Shown here piece by piece: positions 25,075-35,845 of a DNA stretch of 46,404 bases (position 1 is its first letter; each line of letters starts with the position of its first letter). Source of the stretch: Catajapyx aquilonaris (lineage: Eukaryota); the NCBI GenBank assembly GCA_000934665.2, contig KZ538178.1, forward strand, positions 62,001 to 108,404, in the 5' to 3' direction. The notes beneath the pieces were generated by a model. It had not been told where the DNA came from. It did not search any database and saw nothing but the letters and a program-made list of their open reading frames with translations. The position numbers and the translations under genes were made by a program.

Positions 25075-25813
25075 TTATGCGCCACTTAACCGAGGAATGA
25101 TCCCACCTGTGTGAGTCTTCCAGTTATCAACAGTCCTTGCAAGGACTAGGGACCCATTGTCCTTGAGAATGTCAGATACTGTCCTGCCCTTTTCATCCTG
25201 AGATGAGCTATTAGCACCACGTTCCAGCAGCCATTTCACCAAGGCATTTTGCTGATTGAGAGCGGCAAGTATTACTACAGTCCTCCCCAACTTGTCCTTG
25301 GCGTTGATGTTACCCCCCATGTTAATCATGCCTTTCACAACCGGCCACAGGCTCTTGTCAATGGCTCTGATCAAATCCCGATCAGAAACGAATCCTCCGC
25401 CCAATAACCGACTCTCAAGCATGTCAGTTACTCCATGCTCTTCAAAGTCATGGTCATCCATCCATCCAGATGAGTGGTCCTCCTCCTTGGATGAATAAGC
25501 CATTGCCAGGTGTGGAGTGTCAACGCACAAACACACAAGGCAAATCTGAAAGGAAGTGGCATGCACAGAATACCATTATTGGAATCCACCAAAATCAGGA
25601 AGGTCTCCAGCAGTTTCATCACATGGGTATTATTAGCAATGATTCCCTCTTGGTAATAACGTTGCATTATGAACCGTTATTATAATTTTTTGGCTGATGA
25701 TGTTACATAATGAACGCAGCATAATATATATAATTATATATATTGACCTGAGAGGTTCATCATACCAGGAGGTGCAATCTGCAGTGCAGTAGGTAATATC
25801 TACATTCTTCCAT
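25075..25813 (-). CDS. Secreted small ankyrin-repeat protein, paralog 3, 172 aa; exons 25813-25766, 25545-25075
   Basis: MEECRYYLLHCRLHLL|ICLVCLCVDTPHLAMA (signal-like, AxA end), acidic segment, ESR, then ankyrin repeats (LIRAIDKSLWPVVKGMINMGGNINAKDKLGRTVVILAA...WLLERGAN). Same phase-0 intron position as paralogs 1 and 2. Confidence 0.8.
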
Positions 25814-26482
25814 GCTGTGACGACGAGGGGCCCCTCGCTCCTGCTGAAACGTACCAAGTGCACTCTTATAAATCCTTGCTGCTGAAGGACTGCACCCAAA
25901 TATAGCAGGCTGCCGCTTCCCCTCCTGCGAGTAAATGTCCCCCTCTGCATACGATTGGCCATGACAATGCATAGTAAATGCACCCGACATGTGATAGTGC
26001 AGCTGCATTATTTTATTGCATCCCATTATTGTATACTTGATTATGGATTGTAATCTGCCTGCCAGTATGTTGCTCAGCCTGTAAAGATGCACGACCCGGA
26101 TGAACGCAGTTGTTGTTGCAGTGCGAAGATTGCCAGCTTCGAATTTTCTTCAATGAGACAACAATACAGTTGGAAGGAATAATAATTCTTATTCTCGAAG
26201 GAATTATTATTGATTTGAAAGTAAGTAAGCCGCTACCTGCAAACGTAATATCAGCTACGCGACGTTCGACCCCCTCCCCCTCCCTCCTCTTTTCCAGCTG
26301 GCAACACTGCTTCTCTTTTCCAAGATGGCGGCCTTCTGATCCTCCTCCTTCTTTTTTTTTTTCAAAAAGGCGGCAAACGGTCTCCTCTGGGCATAATAAT
26401 TATTGTTGTCGTGGCTTGTAATAATTGAGCTCCTCTGTTGTTGCTGGGGTGGCCGGATAACAACAGTGCGGTCCGTCGTCCG

Positions 26483-28325
26483 ATGGGAGACAGGCGCAGG
26501 GTGTGGCACGGGCTGGACGGGGATGAGGCCCCTCAACCCAGGACGCCCTTATTGCCGACCAAGTCCATCCCGCCCGTAACGATGACGATTGCAACAATAA
26601 TAACAATCTCTCCATTTAACAATGGAATGTGGAAAGGGCATTTGTTTATTCGCCTTTGCTCATTTTTCCAGCCCCCGAGACCAGCCGTCCCAGAGCTGTC
26701 CCTGGTGCTGGACGGACTGGGCGACGGGTATCGCCACTGCGCTCCGGACAATGATGAGGGGGTCTACAGGCGGGGCTTGGCGGCACCAGCAGAGGAGGAG
26801 GACTGTGCAGCTGGCCCTCGGGAGAGGTACAGCACAGCATGCAACAACACCATGCAGGGCCACCATATGTCCGATGCTAACATGCCTTCCACCCAGGTAC
26901 TGTTCCCAGGCGTCTGGCCCCTGCGGCTGCTTCGTCCCAACGCAGGAGATGATGAGCGAGCAGAAGATGCACCTGGAGGTGATCCAGAGGCAGATCCATC
27001 AGCTGCTGGCCCAGCAGGCGCTCCTTACCAGCAGCACTGCAGCCAGCAGGCAGGAGAAGGAGAAGGAGGAGGTGGTGAGGAGGAGGAGAGAGGACAGGGC
27101 CACCCAGACCAGTCCTCCTCCGAGGATGGTGGACGGCTGGACCCAGGGGGAAGGGGAGGCTGCGGAGCACTGCCAGTGTTGCCGCCACGCCACCAGCCCC
27201 CCTTCCAGCCACGCCCCGGAAGAGGACGACCTGAGCATCAACCTGCAGGGGCTGCAGCTGCCTACCATGCACGAGCAGCAGTGCAGTCCTCCCGTCTCCT
27301 CCATCCAGGTGGACATGAGGGATTTCCAGCACTCTCTGGACAGGTGGGTGGTTGCGCTTTTTATGGGTCCACCACTGCTGGTTACTCACTTTGTCTCTCC
27401 GCAGTGCAAGCGGACTGGGACACTCTACGTCCAATTCCTCGTCAGAGTGGGACAGCCCTAGACTCGGAGATGGTTTTAGTTCCTACGTCAACAATGACCG
27501 TGGCTGCTGCTCCGGTGGCTGCAACCATCAGCAGGGACAGCAGGAGAGCGAACAACCAGGGCTCTGGACAGTGTGCCACAATGTCATGGTCAGTTACCGC
27601 CAACTTCCTTATTAGCCTCACAACTGGCATTTCTGCTCATGTCTGGTTGATTCCTGCAGAACCATGTCCAGAAGTTTCTGGACCAAGACAGCGCAGCACC
27701 TAGTAATGAAGATGACATGTACGAGAACGTTCTGGCGGGAATAGCTCATCCTGGCAGTGGTGCTGGTGGTGTGGTCGTGGCTGAGCAGCAAGAGAGTGCC
27801 AAGAACGGTTGGGGTAAAGGTCCTCCGCTGCAATGCCAGAAACCTCCCGTTCCCCCTGAGAAGCCGATGCCTCGATCCCCAGACAGCATAGGAAAGACGA
27901 CCCGCATGAGAGCGCTGGCTGGGGTCAGCTTTGCGGACCAGCAACTGCCCCAGAAGGCGGACTTCAACTCGATCTACGTCCCTCGCCTGAACTACATGTC
28001 CCTGTACCCCGAGTCAGAGTGCAGCATGGAGATCAACGCCCTGGCCATGAAGTACCTGAACAAGAGGGACGCACCTCCTGCACCGTCCTATCCACCAGCA
28101 GCAGGCGGCAGGGGAGTGAGGGCAACCATGACCACCACGACCAGCAGGGTGGAGCAGAGGGTGATGATCCAGGGTGGGACGGGAACAAGCAAGGAGCAGC
28201 AGGGCAGGATGGGTGGCGGCGGTGGGGCTGGGGAAGTGACCTTGTACGGCATGTCAGCAACCAACCTGTCCTACACCACCAGGAAGTACCTCCACAAGTA
28301 CAGGCTGGCCAAGGAGGAACATTGA
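26483..28325 (+). CDS. STIL: STIL/Ana2/SAS-5 centriole duplication protein, short form, about 514 aa; exons 26483-26575, 26672-26826, 26897-27343, 27405-27588, 27660-28325
   Basis: CR2-like PRTPLLP...PAVPELSLVLDG, central coiled coil EQKMHLEVIQRQIHQLLAQQ, STAN motif VPRLNYMSLYPESECSMEINALAMKYL and C-terminal TIM-like NLSYTTRKYLHKYRL; AATAAA at 28411. Confidence 0.88.
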
Positions 28326-28817
28326 TGCCACGGTTGTGCTTTTTTTAAACCTTTTTTAAAAACGTTTGTATTGAACTGTTGTACGAGTGCATTGTATTGT
28401 GCGATTTTTAAATAAAAAGGCTGTTTTTGCATTTACGACAAATAAGCGAGAGGCATTTTGTGTGGCCATGAACAGATAGCAGCTGATGTCACGTTGAGTC
28501 TACAGGTGGCGCCACATTGGCGCCGTCTCCTCCAGAGGGTCGTGACCTTCCGACTTCCGAGTAAAATTCCCTGCCTGATTAGATTGGCAGGGCTCCAAGT
28601 TATGACCGTACTCTGAGAGAAAGAGGTTGAGACAGGAAATAGGAGGATGAAAACAGCGTCGTAAACTAACCGCGCGGCTCAGATAACATCCCTCACCACC
28701 ATTGAGGACGTCGTACCCACCAGACTGGCAATGATGAGTCAGACGCCAGGCATTTCAGATCACGTGCTGAAAAGAGTTGGACTTTCAGCAGCTCAGAGTC
28801 TCAAAGTGTGAAACCTG

Positions 28818-31800
28818 ATGCAGCCTGAGGCTTGCTGGGGAACAAACAACAAAGATCAGCAGCCTTTGCTGTTGGACTCCACCCACGCACCACATAACAT
28901 TCCTCCAGAGTCTCCTTTGTGTGCGTGGCATTGCATCAGCCTCCTGCCAACAGGACCACTGGTGTACCGCTCATCAAGGTAGCCTACACTGTGCAAACAA
29001 TGATCCCCAACAGATATACTTGTGCCAAATGAAAGTTTCTTACCAGCATGTGTTGGAATATTTTCAGGATGAGGGCCGTGCGGGGAGGTGCTTCACAAGA
29101 GGAGGCTGATGAAGACAGCGATGATGACAACAACGCATCTGACGGAGCCACGGTGAAGCCAAGCGCTGCCGCAGCAGACTACTGCAGCAACCTTGCTGAT
29201 CTGGTGAGTGACCTGTCGATAGACTGCCCGCTGTTCAACGATGGAAGGCGCGATGGGGTAGAACACGTCCTAGAATCAGGCTGGGAGGAGGAGAGGAGCG
29301 GTGCATGTCCATTCAATGCGGAGAGAGCTCATGGTAGCTGCGCACTGGACTGCAGTCAAGCTGCAAGTAAGCAAATAGCATCCAAGTGCGATTATCCCGC
29401 TGATCTGTTGGAGCATGAAAAGGATGCACATAGCAATAATCTCAAAGATTGCTGGGATTACAAGACGGTTGATGGCCACTGTCGGTCATCATGGAACAGT
29501 TTGCGTCCAGCACAGTCGCAGATGGAACAAGCAAAGAGGAGCGAGCTGCTGCGACTTGAGCCAAAGTCGTTCACCCGGAACATTGGGCCCAATATCGCTC
29601 TGGGAATGAAGCCGTGCTCTGCAGAGACAGAGACCAGCAGTGATGGTTCTGACTCGGACGATTCCATCCTGGAGAGAGGTCTTGCCACCAAGAGCAAGTC
29701 TAACGGGAACAAGTCCGCACCGTACACCAAGCAGAGTCTCCGGAGGGAAGCTGCCCATGTAATTATTTCAGTTCAGAGGTCAGTATAGTTGCACTCAGAC
29801 TGTACACTGTGATAATTCTTCCAGGGTGCGGTGCACCATGCTGCTGATGCCGTGGTCCAGAGCAGCGAACTGCATCTGGTGTGTGTGACTGACAATGTAC
29901 GCATGCTACTCATGGTGTGAGCATGCGTTCCTGTAGCGTAACATTTTCGATTTTCAGGATTATCTCGCGTGGCCAGCAAGCGGAGTCCTAGCACCCGCAC
30001 CAAACATGCCCCGTCAGAGAAACAGTTCGTCTCTGTCCAGCAACGATCCGTCCCTGCCTTCGACCAGCAGCAGTGCTTCCACCCCGTCTCCCCAGAGTTG
30101 GCCATTATCTTCAGACCCGTCGTTGAGCTCAGGCAGCCCACCGGGTGAGGACTTCTCCAGCCGGAACAGTCCATCGACTTCGGACAACGAGAGGGAGAAC
30201 AGCCTTGATGAGTGGGAGAATTTAGAAGACATTTTAAATCAGAGTAGCGGCCAGCCACTGGGAGACGACTTCATAGAATTGAAGAACAGGTTGATCCAGG
30301 GTGGGGAGGCGGTTTTGAACAACATGACCAGCAGCCACTCTGGGGACACTCAGGTGTTGCCTGTCCCGGATCATATGGCTGGGTGCATCCTCCCGGACAC
30401 TTATTACTCGCATGCCTCCCCACCTCCCCAACCTCTTCAACATATCAGTCCAGTCGTGGTGTATCAGACACCTTCTGCAGTGCTGCTGCCGGTCAACATC
30501 ACCGTCCCCGCACCCAGACTGATTTTGCCGAAGCCAGAACAAAGTCCGGTCAGACCCCGTCCCGTCCAACAGCAGTCGGCAACACATCGCGTCCTTCTGA
30601 GATTGGATGAGGACAAAAAGGGAGCGTGGCACGACGAAATAATGAGGAAGGATGTGCACGACCTGAAGAAGCTCGACAAGGAACAGAACAATGAGTGAGT
30701 CAATAGCTGGTGGCAACATGCATTCTTCACACTTATTGGTTGTCGTTCTTTTTCCAGGCTGCTGAACCAAGCCATAACAGATACTAGTACTAACCTGGAA
30801 CGTCTTTTCGAGTTGGTGGAGAGGCTTGTTCATCTGGGTTTGGCAGAAGTATTTACCAGGGAAAATGCCCAGGGAAATGTATGTGCTATAGTCAATAAGT
30901 GGAGGTTGAGTGTTCCTCGTCTGATGGACATTCCGTTACGCAGATTGCGCTGGAAGTGGCTGCCTATGAGAATAAGGATTTGGTTGTTGGGTACGTGGCC
31001 GAAGCTATGGTGCGAGTCGGAGCGGAGAAGTCTATCAACAGGAAGGTAGGGAATTATTTTGTACGAGAAGTTGGGCATGGGAAACGCATCCTTTTACTCT
31101 GTCATGGAATCTGACACCGCATTTATTTTAATTTGATGAACTCGACTCTCTTTTGATAGGTTGATGGGGATGGGAATACCCTTATTCACATTTTATGTGA
31201 ATGGGGCGACGAATATGCAGATGTTGTCAGTGCACTGCTACAAGTTGTTGGTGCCGAAGGGAACCTCGTCTTCGATGTCAACATAAGGAACTACTCTGAT
31301 GGTAAGATATTTTTCTAATATTTCTGAACTGTTTGCAGGCAAAGTAGTGAGAGAGAGATTTGATTTAATATTTCAGCAGGCATGACTCCATTGCACATTC
31401 TGGCTCGAGCTAGAAATGAGAACGACAGGGGTGTGAAGATGCTGGGAGTGCTGTTGGACCATGGTGCTGATCAGCTTCGCCAGGTATGGAGAGATGATGC
31501 CACATGTCCCTTCAATTATTTCCACGCAACGTATCTGCCAACGTGATCGCCGATCTCTATTATTCTTCCCAGGACCTGAGCGGTGGAAGGATTCCGCTGG
31601 TCTTTGCAATTGAGACCAAGAACTGGCCACTGGTGTGGAAGATGGTGCTGCTGGAAGGAAACCCCACTGCTCTTCTCTCCGTGAAAGACTACCAGGAATG
31701 CACTGCATTGCACCACGCCAGTCAGGTTAAGGGGGTGGATGGCGATGTGTACCAATCCGTCCTTCAATTCCTCATGGATCACAACGCTGATCCGGTGGCT

Positions 31801-31960
31801 CAAGCCATGCACAACATACTGCCAAAAACACTGGCGTCTGCGAGTCATAAGAAAGTAAGTTGGTGCGCAACTGCCTGGCATGCATATGACCACTACGCTA
31901 CTACCTTTTCTGTTGCAGATATTTGAACGAGCCAAGGGGCTGCGCAAAAAGTCCAAGTGA
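28818..31960 (+). CDS. IkB-like ankyrin-repeat protein (atypical/nuclear IkB type), up to 811 aa; exons 28818-28978 (tentative), 29068-29758, 29825-29878, 29958-30694, 30758-30878, 30944-31045, 31160-31301, 31380-31483, 31573-31854, 31919-31960
   Basis: Long Ser/Pro/acidic disordered N-terminus followed by about 6 ankyrin repeats (GNIALEVAA, DGNTLIHIL, NYSDGMTPLHIL, DLSGGRIPLVFAIE, DYQECTALHHA) and a basic tail RAKGLRKKSK. Exon phases are all consistent; the start codon is uncertain (28818 or 29069). Confidence 0.75.
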
Positions 31961-32124
31961 AAAGGTCCAGTTCTGTTCACGGATTGTTCCAAGTGAGGAT
32001 CAGTCTTAATGCGCTGGACCAAGCAGCATGATATTATTTTTATATTTGGTCACGGAAGTATGCATTTTATTTACCCAGATACTGTCGAGTAATGACTTGA
32101 TTGATCAGTTCGAGAGATTAAGAA

Positions 32125-32166
32125 TATCACCTTAGGTCAAAGGTTAACCTTTGACCTAAGGTGATA
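32125..32166. repeat. Perfect 42-bp palindrome
   Basis: TATCACCTTAGGTCAAAGGTT|AACCTTTGACCTAAGGTGATA, no spacer. Confidence 0.95.
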
Positions 32167-32757
32167 AAGAACCTGTGCCAATAATGCATCAAGTGCAGGA
32201 CACTTTTCTCTTCAGAAATTTGAGCAGGAATTGCCTGGGAACGCAACTGGTTTCAGTTTATGGGACCAAACGTGTCTGTATGGGCATTGCCAGTCACTTA
32301 CATCGTGACACTGTATTATAACGATGTGCAAGTGCCATCTAGTCGTAGAAAAGTGTGTGTGTGTGAAAACAGCAACAAAAGCTATGACCTTGAAACACCC
32401 AATATGTTCATTTATGTGCCATTGCTTAGTAGTTTTAAATGGTGCTGCCTGTAGTTCAAATGGTTCATTTTGTAATTGTTGGATGCTTTCGCACAAAATA
32501 TTCACAATTATATGAATCAACCATGACAAATTGAAACTTTGTTGGGAGACATGAATATGGAATAAAAGATGCTCAAGATAGATAAAGCTCGCCGGATGAT
32601 TCTTCAAACGAATTGCTTTTAATTTATACACAGAAATCATCTTTACAAACAGCACCACCATCTGTACAGGATCAGGAACGTCCTCTATTCACACAATATT
32701 TTCTTTGTACAATTTGCATGCTGCTTCTACCGCCCCCCCCTAGCCGACACAACATGG

Positions 32758-33526
32758 TCAGACGGAGAAGCTCTCCCCACAACCACAGGTCCCCTTGATG
32801 TTTGGGTTGTTGAAAACAAACTCGGAGGTGAGCTTGTTCTCGGAGAAGTCCATCTCTGTCCCAAGGAGGGTCAGCTGGGCTTTCTTGTCTATGAACACAC
32901 GGACACCTGCAAGGAGCCGCGGGTGGGAATAAAAGTGTAATAAGAGCGTGGGCACTATGCAATGCTCTGGGTGGCCTTACCGTCCTGCACCACCTCTTCG
33001 TCAAATTTGCCTTTCTCCGAGGCGTAGTCGAGGGTGTAGCTGAGGCCGTTGCATCCCCGCTGCTTGACCCCGACCTTCACCCCAACCTGTCAATGGCAGG
33101 AAAGGACGACAACAAGGTAATGACAAAAGCAACGTACGTGTCAAGACTCACAAACTCCTTCTTGCCATCCAAGAGCTCCTGCAGCTTCTTAACGGCAGAT
33201 GGACTCTACGGAAGAGAGGTCAAGAGTCACAGGGGAAGACTGCAATCGAAGGTGCAAAAATTGCAATAAAAAAAAAAAAGGTTGACATTATTTTTCCCTG
33301 TATGGAACTTTCCAGAAATGGAACGTATCCTGTCGCGAAGTGTCTGACGCAACAGTTTTTGGACTTTCCCCTTTGCGGCTGGTCCCCTATTTGTTTTTCT
33401 GAGATAATCTGAGTGGGCAGGGTAATGTAGGGAGACCCGTACCAGGACGAGGGCTGCCCTGGTGGGGACGAGCTTCCTTCCCTTGACCGCTCGAACAGTC
33501 GCAGATCCCACAATGCGAGACGCCAT
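32758..33526 (-). CDS. ISCA1: Iron-sulfur cluster assembly 1, mitochondrial, 130 aa; exons 33526-33443, 33205-33152, 33086-32981, 32906-32758
   Basis: MASRIVGSATVRAVKGRKLVPTRAAL..., KVGVKQRGCNGLSYTLDY and AQLTLLGTEMDF...SEFVFNNPNIKGTCGCGESF. Confidence 0.97.
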
Positions 33527-33747
33527 CTTTCGAACGATGCTGCGTTCGAACACTCACACTCGGTGACGTCACTGCAGTCGACCCATCGCCACTCGTCTGA
33601 ACGCACCCCAACTCTTAATCTCTCATGAAACAAGTGAGCCACTGGCCCCGTGTCGATCGTCACGTGACGGAATTTGGTCACTTTCTTTGATTGTCGTTCC
33701 CTTCTCCAGCACGTTCTCCAGCACGTCCAGCTGATCCCACAGACATC
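33527..33747. promoter_or_regulatory. Compact bidirectional ISCA1/LAMTOR5 promoter with CRE and CLEAR/E-box palindromes
   Basis: 221 bp between divergent ATGs; GTGACGTCAC at 33563-33572; GTCACGTGAC at 33659-33668. Confidence 0.7.
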
Positions 33748-34819
33748 ATGGAGAGGAACCTGGAGAAGGCCCTGGAGGACATGTACGTAACTTGGCCATG
33801 GGGGCAGTAGGAAATGATCGATGCCCTGGCAGCCTTATTAGGTCAAAGGTCGCTCCTCTTAACCTTATTCACTGCTTTAGCACCCACCAGCCTGGAGTGA
33901 TTGGTGCCCTCTGCGCTGACAGGCAGGGACTCTGCCTCTCCGGTTAGTTGTTGTTGTTGTCGGCCAACGGTTGCGCATTTGACCTATAATGACTGCCGAT
34001 TGTCATTCACAGCCAAGGGACAGGTGAGTCCAGACCTGTCCGGGGTGACGGCCACCATGACGGAGCTGGCCTCCAAGCTCATTGACGCACCTCCGCCTGC
34101 CAATGGGGGAGGGGACGATCCAGTGGCAGCGGCTGGGGCTGCTCTCTCTGCCGATTCCAGCAAGAAGAGCCCCATCATCATGCTGGAGGGAGAGACCAGG
34201 CACGTCCTCTCACAACCGTACCCTGTCGCTTTAATCTCACGCTACGCAGTTGTAATGCTTCATGCAAATTATGTAAATGCCAAATATCAAGTGTTGCTAA
34301 CTTCTCCATGTTAAGTGGTAGTGAAGCCAAATTAACACTGGGACGATTTCATACAACTTCTGTTCTGCTTAATTCCTCTTTTTCCTCACAGAATTGCTAT
34401 AAAATGTTCAAGATCGTAATAATAATTTATTGTAGTGCATAATATGGCAGTCAACAATTTTTCATGCTAATAATTTTGTGGTAGTCCTGACCAAGCTTCT
34501 TTATCCCAAGCACTCATGAAGGAATGGAGTTATCATGTCATGCATGTAATGTAAAAAGCGCTTGGGAAATATTGGCCTATGCATGATGTGATGGGAGGAT
34601 TTTATTGCCTGTGATTAGCATTTTTGGGAGTACTGATGCATACAAGATAAGACGGTAGGTCAGGACTGACACATGAGATGAAGTCAAATGCACCAATTCT
34701 GTGAGCGTTGTGCTGAAACTGCGACTAATTGGGTAATAATATTTTCCAGCCTGTGCCTAATTCAGCGTCAGGATGATGTGGTGCTGACCCTGGCCAAGAC
34801 CACTCAAGGCAGCTCCTGA
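33748..34819 (+). CDS. LAMTOR5: Ragulator subunit LAMTOR5/HBXIP, 117 aa; exons 33748-33782, 33881-33942, 34013-34199, 34750-34819
   Basis: MERNLEKALEDITHQPGVIGALCADRQGLCLSAKGQVSPDLSGV...ASKL...PIIMLEGETSLCLIQRQDDVVLTLAK aligns along its length with the remembered human LAMTOR5 sequence. Only partly visible in the ORF track. Confidence 0.9.
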
Positions 34820-35380
34820 GTTCATTCCTGCCTTGTGTTGCGGACTGGCCTGTGGTGATGACAATGACAGGATAGCATTGACGGAGGACAGCATTGCAGA
34901 CATAGCAATACAGTGTGCTGGACAGGAAAGAAGAGGAAATGTCAACACATATGAACTATACAGAAGAAATGTAATGCATGCGGGTGGATGTGTGACATTC
35001 CTGAAATAATGTGGCAAGTGTTTATTAATATGTACTGAAGACCACTTTTCTGCTACAGTTAGTGTGGAAATCTAAGCAAACTCTTTCAGGAAATGTATCA
35101 AAAGTTGCGTTAATTTTGAATGCTTTACAATAAATATCAAATCGTAATTATATAGCAGGTATGTTTGTGGTGGAAGTGAGGCAAATAAGCCAGGAACTTT
35201 ACACCATTGCCATACTTCCTGACCATTGACTTTGGCTGAGTAACATATTGCATAATTAGGGATTGTTAATAGGTGCATTACATTACATTAGAGAAGCTTG
35301 AGACCTAGTCATGATAACATATGGACCAATTGAGGCTCACTTCCCATGAGTAGGTCCGAGTTGAGCCTGCATACAACAGC

Positions 35381-35845
35381 CAGCGCCGGATTTACGGCAA
35401 GGCAACCTAGGCAGTTGCCTAGGGCGGCAGATTTCAAGGGGCAACAAATTTAGGCACACAAAAGAACGTAAACGAAAAATTAATAATAAATAATTACGCG
35501 ACTGGAAGCAGCGCCGGATTTACCATTGGGCAGAGTAGGAAATTGCCTAGGGCGGCCGCAAGTTCCAATAAATATTTTTCAAATAGCCTACAATAATAAG
35601 AAATAAAGGCGAAATCATTTAAAAAATTAAAAATTTCGTCGGGGTGGGGGTTCCCATTGCCGGATATTCCACTAGGCAGAAAAGCCCTCCGGAGGCGGCC
35701 ATAAGTTTAAAGAGTTGGAATATAAAATTTGAATAAAATAAAATGAAATGAAGGAGAGAACTTGGCAAAAAAAATTGAATTTTTAAGTGGCATTGGGGGG
35801 GGGGGGGGNTGCCTAGGGGCGGCGGAGGGGGTAAATCCGGCACTG
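35381..35845. mobile_element. hAT-type MITE
   Basis: TIR CAGCGCCGGATTTAC / GTAAATCCGGCACTG; perfect 8-bp TSD ACAACAGC at 35373-35380 and 35846-35853; a second left-end copy lies at 35509. Confidence 0.93.

Noticed and set aside
26438..27703. 421-aa ORF as a single-exon gene
   Set aside because: Only its first part is in the STIL frame; the conserved coiled coil and STAN motifs lie in other frames joined by splicing.
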